Assembly (NCBI RefSeq): GCF_001194135.2
Contig: NC_068991.1
Location: forward strand, 73,232,020 to 73,296,019
DNA length: 64,000 nucleotides
Origin: Octopus bimaculoides
Lineage: Eukaryota
Direction: 5' to 3'
How positions within the stretch are numbered: the stretch's first letter is position 1; each line of letters begins with the position of its first letter. A program made the position numbers and the translations under genes. A model generated the notes under the pieces. It was not told where the DNA came from. It did no database searches and saw nothing but the letters and a program-made list of their open reading frames with translations. Positions 12,355 to 24,027 of this stretch are shown piece by piece.

Positions 12355-13302
12355 TGCAGCCATGCAGGAGCGCCTCCTAAATCGAGACCAGGACTTTCCT
12401 TTGTAAGCCTAGTACTTATTCTATCGATCTCTTTTGCCGAACTGCTAAGTTACAAGGACGTAAACACACCAGCCTCGATTGTCAAGCGACGGTGGGACAC
12501 GTACACACATACATACATACATACATACATACATACATACATACATACATCCTGTTCTGCCCCACCCAACTTCGAATCTATCACAGCAGCCTCTAATAAA
12601 CAAAAGCTTTCTCTCTTCTATCAACTCTAGTTACACGAACGCTCAACACGCACACAGCTCCAGCACGGAAACCCTTACATTAGACCACAACCACAACCAC
12701 AACCCAAGCCATCCTACTGACACGACCCAGAACAACACAACAACCTCTACCACTCTTATAAATAGTACAATTAAGAACAACAGTAGTAATAATAACAATA
12801 ATATTAATAATAACATTAATATTTCAGACCTTTCTACCCACTTCTCTAACCTCGCCTCCATTCCTGAAGACAATCTCCAATCTTCACCTACTTCTAACTG
12901 CCGTTCTGGAACCATCTGCGCTTTGCAAACCCTTTGTAGAAGATACAATGTAATTTACAAATGCACTGTCCTTAACACATTACACAATTCTAAAGCCACA
13001 TATACAGGATCAACGATATGTTGCTCACCTTCATTCTTTTAGATACGATAAACACAGTAAATCTACAACACTCGCCAGTCAAGTACATAATATCAAAAAT
13101 ACAAACACACCCTATACTTTGTCATGATCCATAATGGATTTAGGGCTTCCTTAGCAAGGTCAACGCTCAACCTGCAAGATTTGCCTGAAGGAGTATATAG
13201 TCTATAGTAGAAGACACTTGCCCAAGTTGTCACACAGTGGGACTGAATCTGGAATTATGTGGTTAGGAAGCAAGCTTCTTAGAACACAGTCACGCCTGCG
13301 CA
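12355..13302 (-). mobile_element. SINE family B split into tail (12355-12500) and tRNA head (about 13200-13302) by a nested Penelope-like fragment
   Basis: The tail is the reverse complement of the 12138 copy. The head ctatagtagaagacacttgcccaag...cagtgggactgaa...gtggtt.ggaagcaagcttctt...cacagtcacgcctgcgc matches other B heads in the same orientation. Confidence 0.8.
12550..13145 (+). mobile_element. Penelope-like element (PLE) GIY-YIG endonuclease remnant
   Basis: SNCRSGTICALQTLCRRYNVIYKCTVLNTLHNSKATYTGST, then after a frameshift HLHSFRYDKHSKSTTLASQVHNIKNTNTPYTLS*SI. This matches the PLE pattern CNCR....CPL.G.CL...V(I/V)YK.TV.......YIG.T...H..SF......ST.L......K......WSI. Confidence 0.75.
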
Positions 13303-13304
13303 CC

Positions 13305-13316
13305 GATATATATACA

Positions 13317-13348
<32 letters not shown>

Positions 13349-13631
13349 CATATATATATATACATATATATATATACATATATATATATACATATATATA
13401 TATATACATATATATATATACATATATATATATACATATATATATATACATATATATATATACATATATATATATACATANNNNNNNNNNNNNNNNNNNN
13501 NNNNNNNNNNNNNNNNNNNNNNNNNNNNNNNNNNNNNNNNNNNNNNNNNNNNNNNNNNNNNNNNNNNNNNNNNNNNNNNNNNNNNNNNNNNNNNNNNNNN
13601 NNNNNNNNNNNNNNNNNNNNNNNNNNNNNNA

Positions 13632-13663
<32 letters not shown>

Positions 13664-13722
13664 CATATATATATATACATATATATATATACATATATAT
13701 ATATACATATATATATATATAC

Positions 13723-13753
<31 letters not shown>

Positions 13754-13755
13754 CA
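13305..13755. repeat. (TATATATATACA)n-type microsatellite spanning a gap
   Basis: Regular 12-14-nt period on both sides of the gap. Confidence 0.95.
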
Positions 13756-13759
13756 TACA

Positions 13760-13885
13760 GGTGGGTGGACTGGAGTAACGGGAATTGAAGTGTTTTGCAC
13801 AAGACTACAACGCACAGCCAGTCTAGGAATTGAAACGACTATCTCACGATTTTGATTGCATACACATCTAACCACTAGGCCACTG
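13760..13885 (-). mobile_element. Older tRNA-derived SINE head (family C), degenerate
   Basis: Reverse complement begins gtggcctagtggttaga (A-box-like) and continues atcgtgagatagtcgtttcaattcc (B-box-like)...cttgtgcaaaacactt. Confidence 0.6.
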
Positions 13886-15703
13886 TGTATGTGTGTGTGC
13901 AGTTGCGTGCGTCGTGCGTGTATACATACATAGTTGATGTGTACCTTCGGGTTTTAGGGTCCACTGTTTCTAAGGCATAGACTGCTATTGGGAAAATTTA
14001 GGACCTTTATGTCATTTGCTCATTTCTCGCCTTTATTCATCGTCTTTACGCTCTAAATACTGATGCAGTAGATTCCAAATAGGAATCGAAGGGATGCACA
14101 GGCATCAAATGGTTGAGAGCCGCTGGACTACACGTTGACCGACTACCCAATGATTTTGTTCACTTCCTCCCCTTATAATCTAATTTAACTCATCCTTGGT
14201 CATTCTTAACTGATATCTTCATAGTGCTACCTTCTTTTTCATTACCCCACACCTCTCCCTCTTCTCATCTTCCCTTTCCCCCTGTGTTTCCTTAGCTCCA
14301 CTCCGCTCCCTTTGAATTTATATATTGATAAAAACTTCTACGAGAAGCCCTTTTAGTCACATTTTTTGCGGCGAGGATTACCTGACTGTGCCAAATGGTT
14401 CGATTTGAACGTATTCCATACACCTACAACATTATGGGTCTTTATTACGTAATCAACGTGATTACGATATAAGCAACGATTCACCCGAAACAGCTGTTAG
14501 TTGTCAGGATTAGGCTCCTACGTCACACATTTGGTTTATTTCGTCTACTTTATTACGTACTGTGTTTTAAATTCCATATATAAATAAACTCATTACGCCT
14601 AATTGTGTTTATCTTTCTTCTAATACATACACACATACACACTACACACAACCACACACACATATACATATATATACATATATATTTTTTTTATATATGT
14701 GTGTGTGTGTGTATATATATATACATATATATATACTTACATACATATATATATATATATACATATATATATACTTACATACATATATATATATATAATA
14801 TATATNNNNNNNNNNNNNNNNNNNNNNNNNNNNNNNNNNNNNNNNNNNNNNNNNNNNNNNNNNNNNNNNNNNNNNNNNNNNNNNNNNNNNNNNNNNNNNN
14901 NNNNNNNNNNNNNNNNNNNNNNNNNNNNNNNNNNNNNNNNNNNNNNNNNNNNNNNNNNNNNNNNNNNNNNNNNNNNNNNNNNNNNNNNNNNNNNNNNNNN
15001 NNNNNNNNNNNNNNNNNNNNNNNNNNNNNNNNNNNNNNNNNNNNNNNNNNNNNNNNNNNNNNNNNNNNNNNNNNNNNNNNNNNNNNNNNNNNNNNNNNNN
15101 NNNNNNNNNNNNNNNNNNNNNNNNNNNNNNNNNNNNNNNNNNNNNNNNNNNNNNNNNNNNNNNNNNNNNNNNNNNNNNNNNNNNNNNNNNNNNNNNNNNN
15201 NNNNNNNNNNNNNNNNNNNNNNNNNNNNNNNNNNNNNNNNNNNNNNNNNNNNNNNNNNNNNNNNNNNNNNNNNNNNNNNNNNNNNNNNNNNNNNNNNNNN
15301 NNNNNNNNNNNNNNNNNNNNNNNNNNNNNNNNNNNNNNNNNNNNNNNNNNNNNNNNNNNNNNNNNNNNNNNNNNNNNNNNNNNNNNNNNNNNNNNNNNNN
15401 NNNNNNNNNNNNNNNNNNNNNNNNNNNNNNNNNNNNNNNNNNNNNNNNNNNNNNNNNNNNNNNNNNNNNNNNNNNNNNNNNNNNNNNNNNNNNNNNNNNN
15501 NNNNNNNNNNNNNNNNNNNNNNNNNNNNNNNNNNNNNNNNNNNNNNNNNNNNNNNNNNNNNNNNNNNNNNNNNNNNNNNNNNNNNNNNNNNNNNNNNNNN
15601 NNNNNNNNNNNNNNNNNNNNNNNNNNNNNNNNNNNNNNNNNNNNNNNNNNNNNNNNNNNNNNNNNNNTGGTCTCGGTAGTAACCGAAATGTTGCTGGTCA
15701 ACG

Positions 15704-15810
15704 ATGTCAAACATCATCATCATCATCAGTAACATCAAAAATAACTTCGTCTTCATTATCGTCGTCATCGTCGTCGTCATCACCACCACCACCATCATCA
15801 TCCTCCTCAA

Positions 15811-15861
<51 letters not shown>

Positions 15862-16370
15862 CCTCAACTTCATCATCATCATCATCATCATCACCATCCT
15901 CCTCAACTTCATCATCATCATCACCATCATCATTATCGTCGTCGTCGTCATCGTCGTCGTCGTCATCGTCGTCATCATCATCATCAACCTCACCATCATC
16001 ATCATCATCATCATCGTCGTCGTCGTCGACGTCAGCTTCCTTATTATCATGCTCATTATCTTCATCATCGTCGTCGTCATCATCATCATCACCGTCTTCT
16101 TCACCACCCCCTCCTTCACCGTCACTGCCATCTCTACCCCTCGTCCTATCATCACCACCAACATCCCCACCTTCCTGCTCATCTTCTCCCCCTTCTCCTC
16201 CTTCACCTCCTCCACGTCCTTCTCTTTCTCCTCTACTTCCCCTTTGTCATCCTCTGCTTCCCCTTTTCCTCCGCTTCTTCCACCTCTTCCACTTCACCTC
16301 CCATTCCTCCTCCTCCTCCTCATTATCATCATCATCCTCATATTCCTCTTCATCATCATCATCATCAGAT
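15704..16370. repeat. Long mosaic trinucleotide array (CAT/CGT/CAC/CCT)
   Basis: About 670 bp of in-phase triplets with an internal unit catcatcatcctcctcaact(t/c)c present three times; source of the poly-I and poly-M ORFs. Confidence 0.95.
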
Positions 16371-16379
16371 TCGTATTCG

Positions 16380-16470
16380 TAGGGGGTCGATTTGTTCGAT
16401 TAAAGGCGGTGCTCCAGCATGGCCGCAGTCAAGTGACTGAAACAAATAAAGGAATAAAAGAATAAAAGAA
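16380..16470 (+). mobile_element. SINE family B 3' tail
   Basis: gggggtcgatttgttcgattaaaggcggtgctccagcatggccgcagtcaagtgactgaaacaaataaaggaataaaagaataaaag. Confidence 0.92.
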
Positions 16471-16664
16471 AATAAGTATGGATATAATTTTTAAAATATT
16501 AAATTTAAGGAAAACACACAATGACGTCAATTAGATCTGGGCCCTCCCACAAAACTTATCAACATCATCCGAACCTTTTTCCGTCACACTTACACTCCAT
16601 ATTGAGTGTTATTTCTTCCACTATGATTTAGGAATAGTCTTCTCTAACACTTAAAGATATTAAT

Positions 16665-16829
16665 CATTTTGTACTCAAGGCACAAGGCCCATGATTTTGA
16701 AGAAGAGGTTCAGTCGATTAGATCGACCCCAGTACGCAACTGGTACTTAATGCATCGACTCCGAAAAGATGAAAGGTAAAGTCGACCTCGGCTGAATTTG
16801 AACTCAGAAGTAAAGACAGTCGAAATACC
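16665..16829 (-). mobile_element. SINE family A (A1 tail), head-truncated
   Basis: ggcacaaggcc..cagtcgattagatcgaccccagtacgcaactggtacttaat.catcgactccgaaaagatgaaagg.aaagtcgacctcggc.gaatttgaactcagaa. Confidence 0.92.
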
Positions 16830-17062
16830 TATTTCTGTATTGCCCACAAGGGGCTAAACATAGAAGGGACAAACAAGGACAGACAAACGGATTAAGTCGA
16901 TTACATCGACCCCAGTGCGTAACTGGTACTTAATTTATCGACCCCGAAAGGTTGAAAGGCAAAGTCGACCTCGGCGGAATTTGAACTCAGAACGTAACGG
17001 CAGACGAAATACCGCTAAGCATTTCGCCCGGCGTGCTAACGTTTCTGCCAGCTCACCGCCTT
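16830..17062 (-). mobile_element. SINE family A, A2 tail variant, full length
   Basis: Intact head (reverse complement aaggcggtgagctggcagaaacgttagc A-box; ctgagttcaaattcc B-box), core module, and distinct tail tgcccacaaggggctaaacatagaagggacaaacaaggacagac. Confidence 0.95.
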
Positions 17063-17073
17063 TAAATTAATAT

Positions 17074-17300
17074 TCTTTTCTAATCTAGGCACAAGGGCTG
17101 ATAATGTTTGGAAGGGGGGGGGGGCAGTCGATTAGATCGACTCCAGTACGCAACTGGTACTTAATTTATCGACTCCGAAAGAATGAAAGGCAAAGTCGAC
17201 CTCGGCGGGATTTGAACTCAGAGCAGCAAAAAAAAAACCCGACGAAATACCGTTAAGCATTTCGCCCGGCGTGCTAACGTTTCTGCCAACTCGTTGCCTT
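17074..17300 (-). mobile_element. SINE family A (A1), full length
   Basis: Matches the family throughout, with A- and B-box-like motifs on the minus strand. Confidence 0.95.
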
Positions 17301-17709
17301 CTTAAAGATATTAATCAAAATAATGACGATAATTGAGGCTTGAGTAATGATCAGCGTATTTGATGACGTCACAAGATCGATCAATGACCTAAATCTGGTG
17401 TAATTTTCCATAAACAAATTTCATTTGCTCATAATAATAGTTTTATGAAATTACTTCAGAATTCCGAACGGTTTCAAGAACGAATGATAAGATTTTTCAG
17501 TTTACCTTCTTTAACAGTTGACAATGCACACGACACACTCCCACACGTGCGCGCGCGTGATCTCACACATACACACTCACATATGAGTAAGTGTGTGTAT
17601 GCGTGTGTGTGCGAGTGCGTGTGTGTGCGTGCGTACATTTGTTGGCAAATGGAAAAATGAAGCAATGTGTGTTTAAAATTTTACATATTAATAACAAAAC
17701 TCAGGTACG

Positions 17710-17946
17710 CATGTATGTGTGTATGTATGTATGTATGTATGTATGTGTGTATGTCTGTATGTGTGTATGTATGTATGTGTGTATGTATGTATGTGTGTAT
17801 GTCTGTATGTGTGTATGTGTGTATGTGTGTATGTCTGTATGTGTGTATTAATGTGCGTATGTATGTATGTATTTATGTATGCAAGCATGCATTTATCTGT
17901 CTATCTATCCATCTATTTCTTTCTTTCTCACTATCTCTCACTTTCT

Positions 17947-17977
<31 letters not shown>

Positions 17978-17995
17978 CCTCTCTCTCACGTTCTC
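17710..17995. repeat. (TATG/TGTG)n higher-order microsatellite followed by (CT)n
   Basis: Direct inspection. Confidence 0.92.
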
Positions 17996-18243
17996 TCTCT
18001 GGATGCATAGGCTTCCATAGACGCTTTCTCTCTGTATCTTCCAAAGATTTCTGGTCTGTTTGTAAATATTTTATATAGTATTAGACAGCTCAAGTATATA
18101 TACGTAAAATTTGGCTGAAATTGATGGGTGAGCGTTTGGCCCAATCAGAGTGCATGTAGCCGTGTAAGCGTTGATATGTGCGTTCGATTCTGGCTATGGT
18201 TAACTCGTCATTTTTCAATCAATTTCACTTTACATCGGAGAAT

Positions 18244-18444
18244 ATATATTATCATGGCTCAGTGGCTAGGGGTGTTGCTCTAGCGATCGTGATTCCATTG
18301 CTTTGTGTTCTTGAGCAAAAGACTTCATCACGCCTTGCTGTACGTCAATTCGACATACGTATTTTTATGCTAAGCCCGGCACGCTAACGTTTCTGCCAGC
18401 TCGCCGCCTTGGCTGTGTGGTAAGCAAGCTTCTTACCACACAGC
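18244..18444. mobile_element. Cluster of SINE heads: family C (+, 18244-18345), family A head (-, about 18365-18410), fold-back family B head (18411-18444)
   Basis: tggctcagtggctagggg...tgtgttcttgagcaaaagactt; cccggcacgctaacgtttctgccagctcgccgcctt; ggctgtgtggtaagcaagcttcttaccacacagc. Confidence 0.75.
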
Positions 18445-18974
18445 AACACCCGGGCCTTTATTTCGCTGAACCCAGAAATAGGAAATAAGAAATCCAAACA
18501 TCACTTTAGTGGGATTTGAACTCACCGAATAAGTAATCGTATCTTAATACCAAAAGGTTTATTGTCGAAAGATTTAACAACTCTGCCAACTGGATAGTCC
18601 TTCATATTCAATGGAAATGTCATATTATCTAATCCTCAATTCAACTGAAATATTCAGGAGCTTTTGCTTAGATCCGGTTTGATGGCGTTAAATGGAAGCA
18701 ATATAAATATTTTAATGGATTAGACGCCCATCTGTCATAGGTGACATTCCCTGAGGATCAACAGAAATCCGAGCATGAACTCCGAATTCTTTGATCAGTT
18801 TGTCAAATAATCAATAATTACATCCACTCTGTTATGTTATAATAAGTGAGACCCATTAATGTTCAAGTCTGCTATGGATGGACGTTGATAAAATATGAAT
18901 CAAAACCAGGAGCATTATTAACACATTTAAGTGAGGCCGATTAGCAGAATAATTAGAATGGCAAAACCGTTGGA

Positions 18975-19185
18975 GATATGGGGACGTAAATAGACCTAGG
19001 ACGATTGTCAAGCGGCGGTGGGGAACAAACACAATACAAATCTACACATACACACACACATAAACACACTGACCTAGGGCTATAGTAGAAGCCCCTTGAC
19101 CAAGGTTCCACGCAGTTCCACACTGAATCCAAGACCTCATGGTTGGGAAGCTAACTTCTTAGCCAGACAGCCACGCTTGCGCTTG
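18975..19185 (-). mobile_element. SINE family B, internally deleted
   Basis: ggggacgtaaa...gattgtcaagcggcggtggg, then (CA)n, then gggctatagtagaag..cttgaccaaggttccacgcag...tggttgggaagc.aacttctta.c.agacagccacgc. Confidence 0.85.
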
Positions 19186-19944
19186 TCCATATAATATACA
19201 TGCGTTACAGTAATGATTATATTGAAGGAAAGCCTTCTGTCGTCATACATGGCAGCCAAAACTATCCGAAATTACAGCTTAACGTTTTGGGAAAAGTCGC
19301 ACTGGACAGTATAACTATGTGCTTAAGATGTCCATTCGTAGATACGAAATTCCAAGATCAATCCCACTGAGCGTTATTTCGGGAATGTCATTGCGGCCAT
19401 AATGTCGGGACGAATAATCATTTTCAATACAATTTAGCAGTTGGAAGACCGTCGGAGTTAGGTAGACATAATCAGTCACCTGGTTTAACACCCCTATTTA
19501 GTTCTGGGGTGTCTTTAATGGAGTGTGTAGTGTTGCAGTAGTTAGACCTGAAATCCACTCTGAGAAGAATTTCCTTTCTTCGTCTTCCCAGTAGTTTAAA
19601 TGCGTCATGACTACTGCCCTTCTTTCTGTGTCATGACATATATATGTAAAGGCCTGGAAAAGGACAAGGAAGTCCCGTCTCTGGAAAGGCCTCTAATAAT
19701 AGTTATTCTCTGTTTAAGTCGACCTCCATGGGTAAAATTAAAAAGCACAAGTCTTTACTTATAAGGGAATATAATTTGGAAGTATATACCACGCTTTCGT
19801 TTACTGTTTTAGACGTCTATGTATTCGTAAGCACATAGAGACAATCTCTCGGCCTCCCGAATGAATGCCCCGTGTAACATCAAGGATGTTACTGCTAGAT
19901 GGAAAGCTAATTGCACCAGTATTAATTTGAGATTTTTTAGCAAA

Positions 19945-20058
19945 CCGAAAGTATGAAAAATATTACGGACTGTTGTGGGATTTGAACTAAGAGCGCAGAG
20001 AACCGAAACATATAAAACAGAGCATTTGATTAAACGTTTTAACAACACTGCCAATCCA
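19945..20058 (-). mobile_element. SINE family A-like, old degenerate copy
   Basis: ccgaaagtatgaaa...gggatttgaactaagagcgcagagaaccgaaac...gcattt...aacaacactgccaa. Confidence 0.5.
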
Positions 20059-20359
20059 ACTTGTTTGACCTTTGTCTAAAATATGAACATCCGTATGTAA
20101 ATATTTGTCAGTAGTGCACTAAACGGTAAGGTGAGTGATTAATATCTATCTAGTTTCCCCAAAAGCAAAATCAGTTCTCACAACGCCCAAGCGAAAGCAA
20201 GGAATTATTTAATGAAATTCATGCAAAGATCATATCACCAATATTAAAACACTCTATCAAATATAATAGTTGAAATGTCGCTAGTAAAATGTATTATAAA
20301 ACATAGCCTTTCATGTTCGAAGGAAAAGAGGTAATATTGCTATCTTATGAAATGTGTTG

Positions 20360-20402
<43 letters not shown>

Positions 20403-21870
20403 NNNNNNNNNNNNNNNNNNNNNNNNNNNNNNNNNNNNNNNNNNNNNNNNNNNNNNNNNNNNNNNNNNNNNNNNNNNNNNNNNNNNNNNNNNNNNNNNNN
20501 NNNNNNNNNNNNNNNNNNNNNNNNNNNNNNNNNNNNNNNNNNNNNNNNNNNNNNNNNNNNNNNNNNNNNNNNNNNNNNNNNNNNNNNNNNNNNNNNNNNN
20601 NATATATGATATGCTTAAATGTGACCAGTTGGTTAGTTTAATGAAATGATTCACGAATGCTGTTTCATCGTGTGAAATACATTTTTAACAAAGAACCAAT
20701 TTCTACCAGTATCCGCAATGCGTCCATGAGAAAATGAGAAATACATTTGTTGGGCTTTTCAATTAACGAGACTATTTCAATGTGGCTTCATTTTGTTTGT
20801 CTAATAAAAAAAATATTGATATTTATTGCACGCATTAGTGCAACAAATTCAAAGTTTTGATTTTCCATGATCAGAAGCATCATATTTGACTTCAGAGTAA
20901 GATAGGACAAAAAAAAAAGAAAACTGCATTTCCCTGTGGCATCGGATAAATGTCATTGAAGCGTGATTGGAATTAAAATCAACAGAGAATCGACATCTAT
21001 CGACATCTAGTCACAACTCTTACTGCCGTGAGCTTCTGCTTCTCTATGGCTCTGTAGTTCATTTTAGCCATGATAGCAACGACCATACTAGAACATCGGT
21101 TTCAAATTAGTTTTTACATTGGTTTCTTTGAACTAAGAAACTTTCTTACGATTTCTGTTGCTAAGAAACTTTCTTGTTGCGATTTCTATTGCTAAGCCTA
21201 ACGCAAGTTATAATACAGGAGATATACTATACCTAGAATTATATTATCCGGAACGCACCCTGATTCCTATTGAAAAATAGTTAAGTATGATTGGAAAGAG
21301 AACAATGGTGATTCCTTCTTGGATTGTATTAGTGATAATACAATTGTTTGAAAAGAAGCTGCAGTAGAATTGATTCAATAAAAGAGACACAATCGTTAAT
21401 TATACAATGCTCTAAGATGGCACCTCACTATAAATTTGGAAAAGCTCTTAAGAAATACAGCGCAACATGTTTAATATACAATTACAAACTGTTCCGTTTA
21501 CCATCTGAACGCCATTTGGAAGATTTCTAAATGAGTTTCTACATCAATACATCGGCGGCATTTTACTCATTTTGAAAGTACTTTACCTATTTAGGTATCA
21601 TGAGTACATATATTTACTGGTGAACCTAATATATCTAAATTTAATTCATTTATTTATAATCGGATAATGTATGAGTTTAAGAAGATGATTATGTCAAATA
21701 GAATGAGTGTAAGAATGGGTAATTTTGTTACCAGTGTGTTTAAACATGCAAAACTTTTCCTTCAAGTGTGAGTATATATTAATTTATTTTCTCCTTTTTA
21801 TGCATATATTCTTCTTAGTAAGACATAATATATAAGCCATTGAAAACGAGTGCGCATGCGTCATCTATCT

Positions 21871-21927
<57 letters not shown>

Positions 21928-22673
21928 TGCTTCTGTGGTAAGTGTGTGCCTGCTGGCCATTGAGATAGCTGATACCTGACTTCTAGAAAGACAACATTGG
22001 GCTGGCCGCTATAATTTGTTGGACAACAAACTTCGAAGTGATAAAATAATAGAAATCTGTCTGGGTTTTCTTAACTGATGGAAAAAAAATGTACTCTAAG
22101 AACAGCAAAATATTAATAAAGAACTCAACAATAAAGTCCTTTTGCAGGTAGAGTAACTGATAAGCAGCCGATAATTTTTCATAGCACTTCGAAACAAAAT
22201 CTTTTTGTTTCTTTTTCTTCCTTGACCGTTTAGTTCGCACCAACGGTTTGTTTTGTTTGCATTATGTAAATGCAATCTTGTAACCACAGCCAACTCGGTA
22301 TATTTATTAATTGAAGAGAATTTAAGTTCTTTTTCTCAAAATGATTTTATATGTAATTCTGATGAGTCCGATTGGTCGTATTTCATTTCAATGGCACTTG
22401 GAGAGTTGTCAATAGTAGCTTGTAATATTGCAGAATATGGCCAGATTGATGAGATCGAAATTAGATGAATCAATTCTTAATTGATAGAGAAAAATTGCTA
22501 GGTCCCTGTTTTCTTCTTCTTTGTCATAAAAACTACGGCATTTGTATATTTTCAGACACTTATTTGATAAAACAAACAATCTCCAGATTACTGTCTAATG
22601 TGATAGCCAATACCTGTGGATGAGACTGATTGGATAAACTACAGGACTAACAGCAAATGAAATTATGTGGGTG

Positions 22674-22726
<53 letters not shown>

Positions 22727-23988
22727 TTAGGGATAAAATCCAAAACTGTAGGTAAAAACTCAATTAAAATCAATTTATAAAAAATAAAGAATAAATTAAG
22801 TTTCATCGATGAGTTCATGAACCTTGGTTCTTTTCCCTAAAACTATATATATCTATATATATATGCGCATATATAAATATTTATATACACACAAACACAT
22901 ACTTATATGCGTGTGTGTGCGTGGACGTTGGTGTTAGTTTGCATGCGAGTATAACTTTCGGCGATGGTACATTGGTGAAATAAATACCGGTAAGCGAAAC
23001 CAATAAACCGGTACAGATACACAAAAGACAGCCTTGCGATATTTGTTTCAGTTGTGCTTTACGCGCATACACATACATACATGCATAAACAGATGCACAC
23101 GCACGTTTCTTTGTCGATTTGGGCATTGTAAATGAAATGGTGAGATGCTGACAGGTTCATTAGAAGCTTGTTTACCACCGCCGACGCTATTGTTCACAAA
23201 ATGCAATATCAAACAAGTATAAAAGGAATGCAAATAAGCCACAGCTAACATTTCATTCTGATTTCCTCAACATTTGATTTGAAATCCCAGGAGCACCGAC
23301 TTCACCGTTTATTGCTCTGGCGTCAATAAAATAATTAACACATATGTATTGGGAATGAGAGGTCTCTGATTCAACAATCTACGTGCTGGCCCCCTACATC
23401 TTCAAGTAAAATAGAGAATTTGTGCTAATGGCAAGAATCAATATTTCCAAATTCTTTATTTCTATCTAATAATTTTCTTGAAACTCCTGTGTAAAAGATT
23501 TGTTCCATTTTAGTCGCATTACGCTTTGATTAAAATTGTTAAAAAGGTGTTTCAGAACTCTTGTTTATTCATAAATTAATAGCTTCTGTCAAGCAAATTT
23601 CTCTTTTCTTTTTTCTCATTTGATCTGTGATTTGGTGGACATTCTTTTTTCTTTTTTTTAAACATCGTAAATCTACTGGCGTCTCAAGTAAAAAAAAAAT
23701 GTTGTTTGAAAATATCTACATGGATGTATACACGTCACAAACTCACTACATCTCCTCCAATTTTTTTCTCTCATACAGGTATTCTCACCATTTCTTCCTC
23801 TCTCTCTCTCTCTCACTCTCTCTCTCTCTTCCTAGCTCCTGTCTTTTGTTTCTCTCTGCAGAAAACTAGGAAAACATACGTATGGTTATTCATGCATGTA
23901 TGTGTCTTTGAGAAGGTTATTTTAAGCACAGGTCTGTAGGCACGCACGTATACATACATACATATGTACATGTATACACACACACACA

Positions 23989-24027
<39 letters not shown>

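Noticed and set aside
14454-14503. GAAACAGCUGUU palindromic hammerhead stem III with a CAAC/GUUG stem
   Set aside because: The core reads GUGAUUA and no stem II forms; too degenerate to call.
21130-21200. Short tandem duplication ctaagaaactttctt...gatttct.ttg
   Set aside because: Ordinary local slippage duplication; two copies only, not CRISPR-like.
22357-22386. CUGAUGAGUCCGAUUGGUCGUAU resembling a hammerhead core
   Set aside because: GAAA is replaced by GUAU, stem II has a mismatch, and there are no stems I or III.
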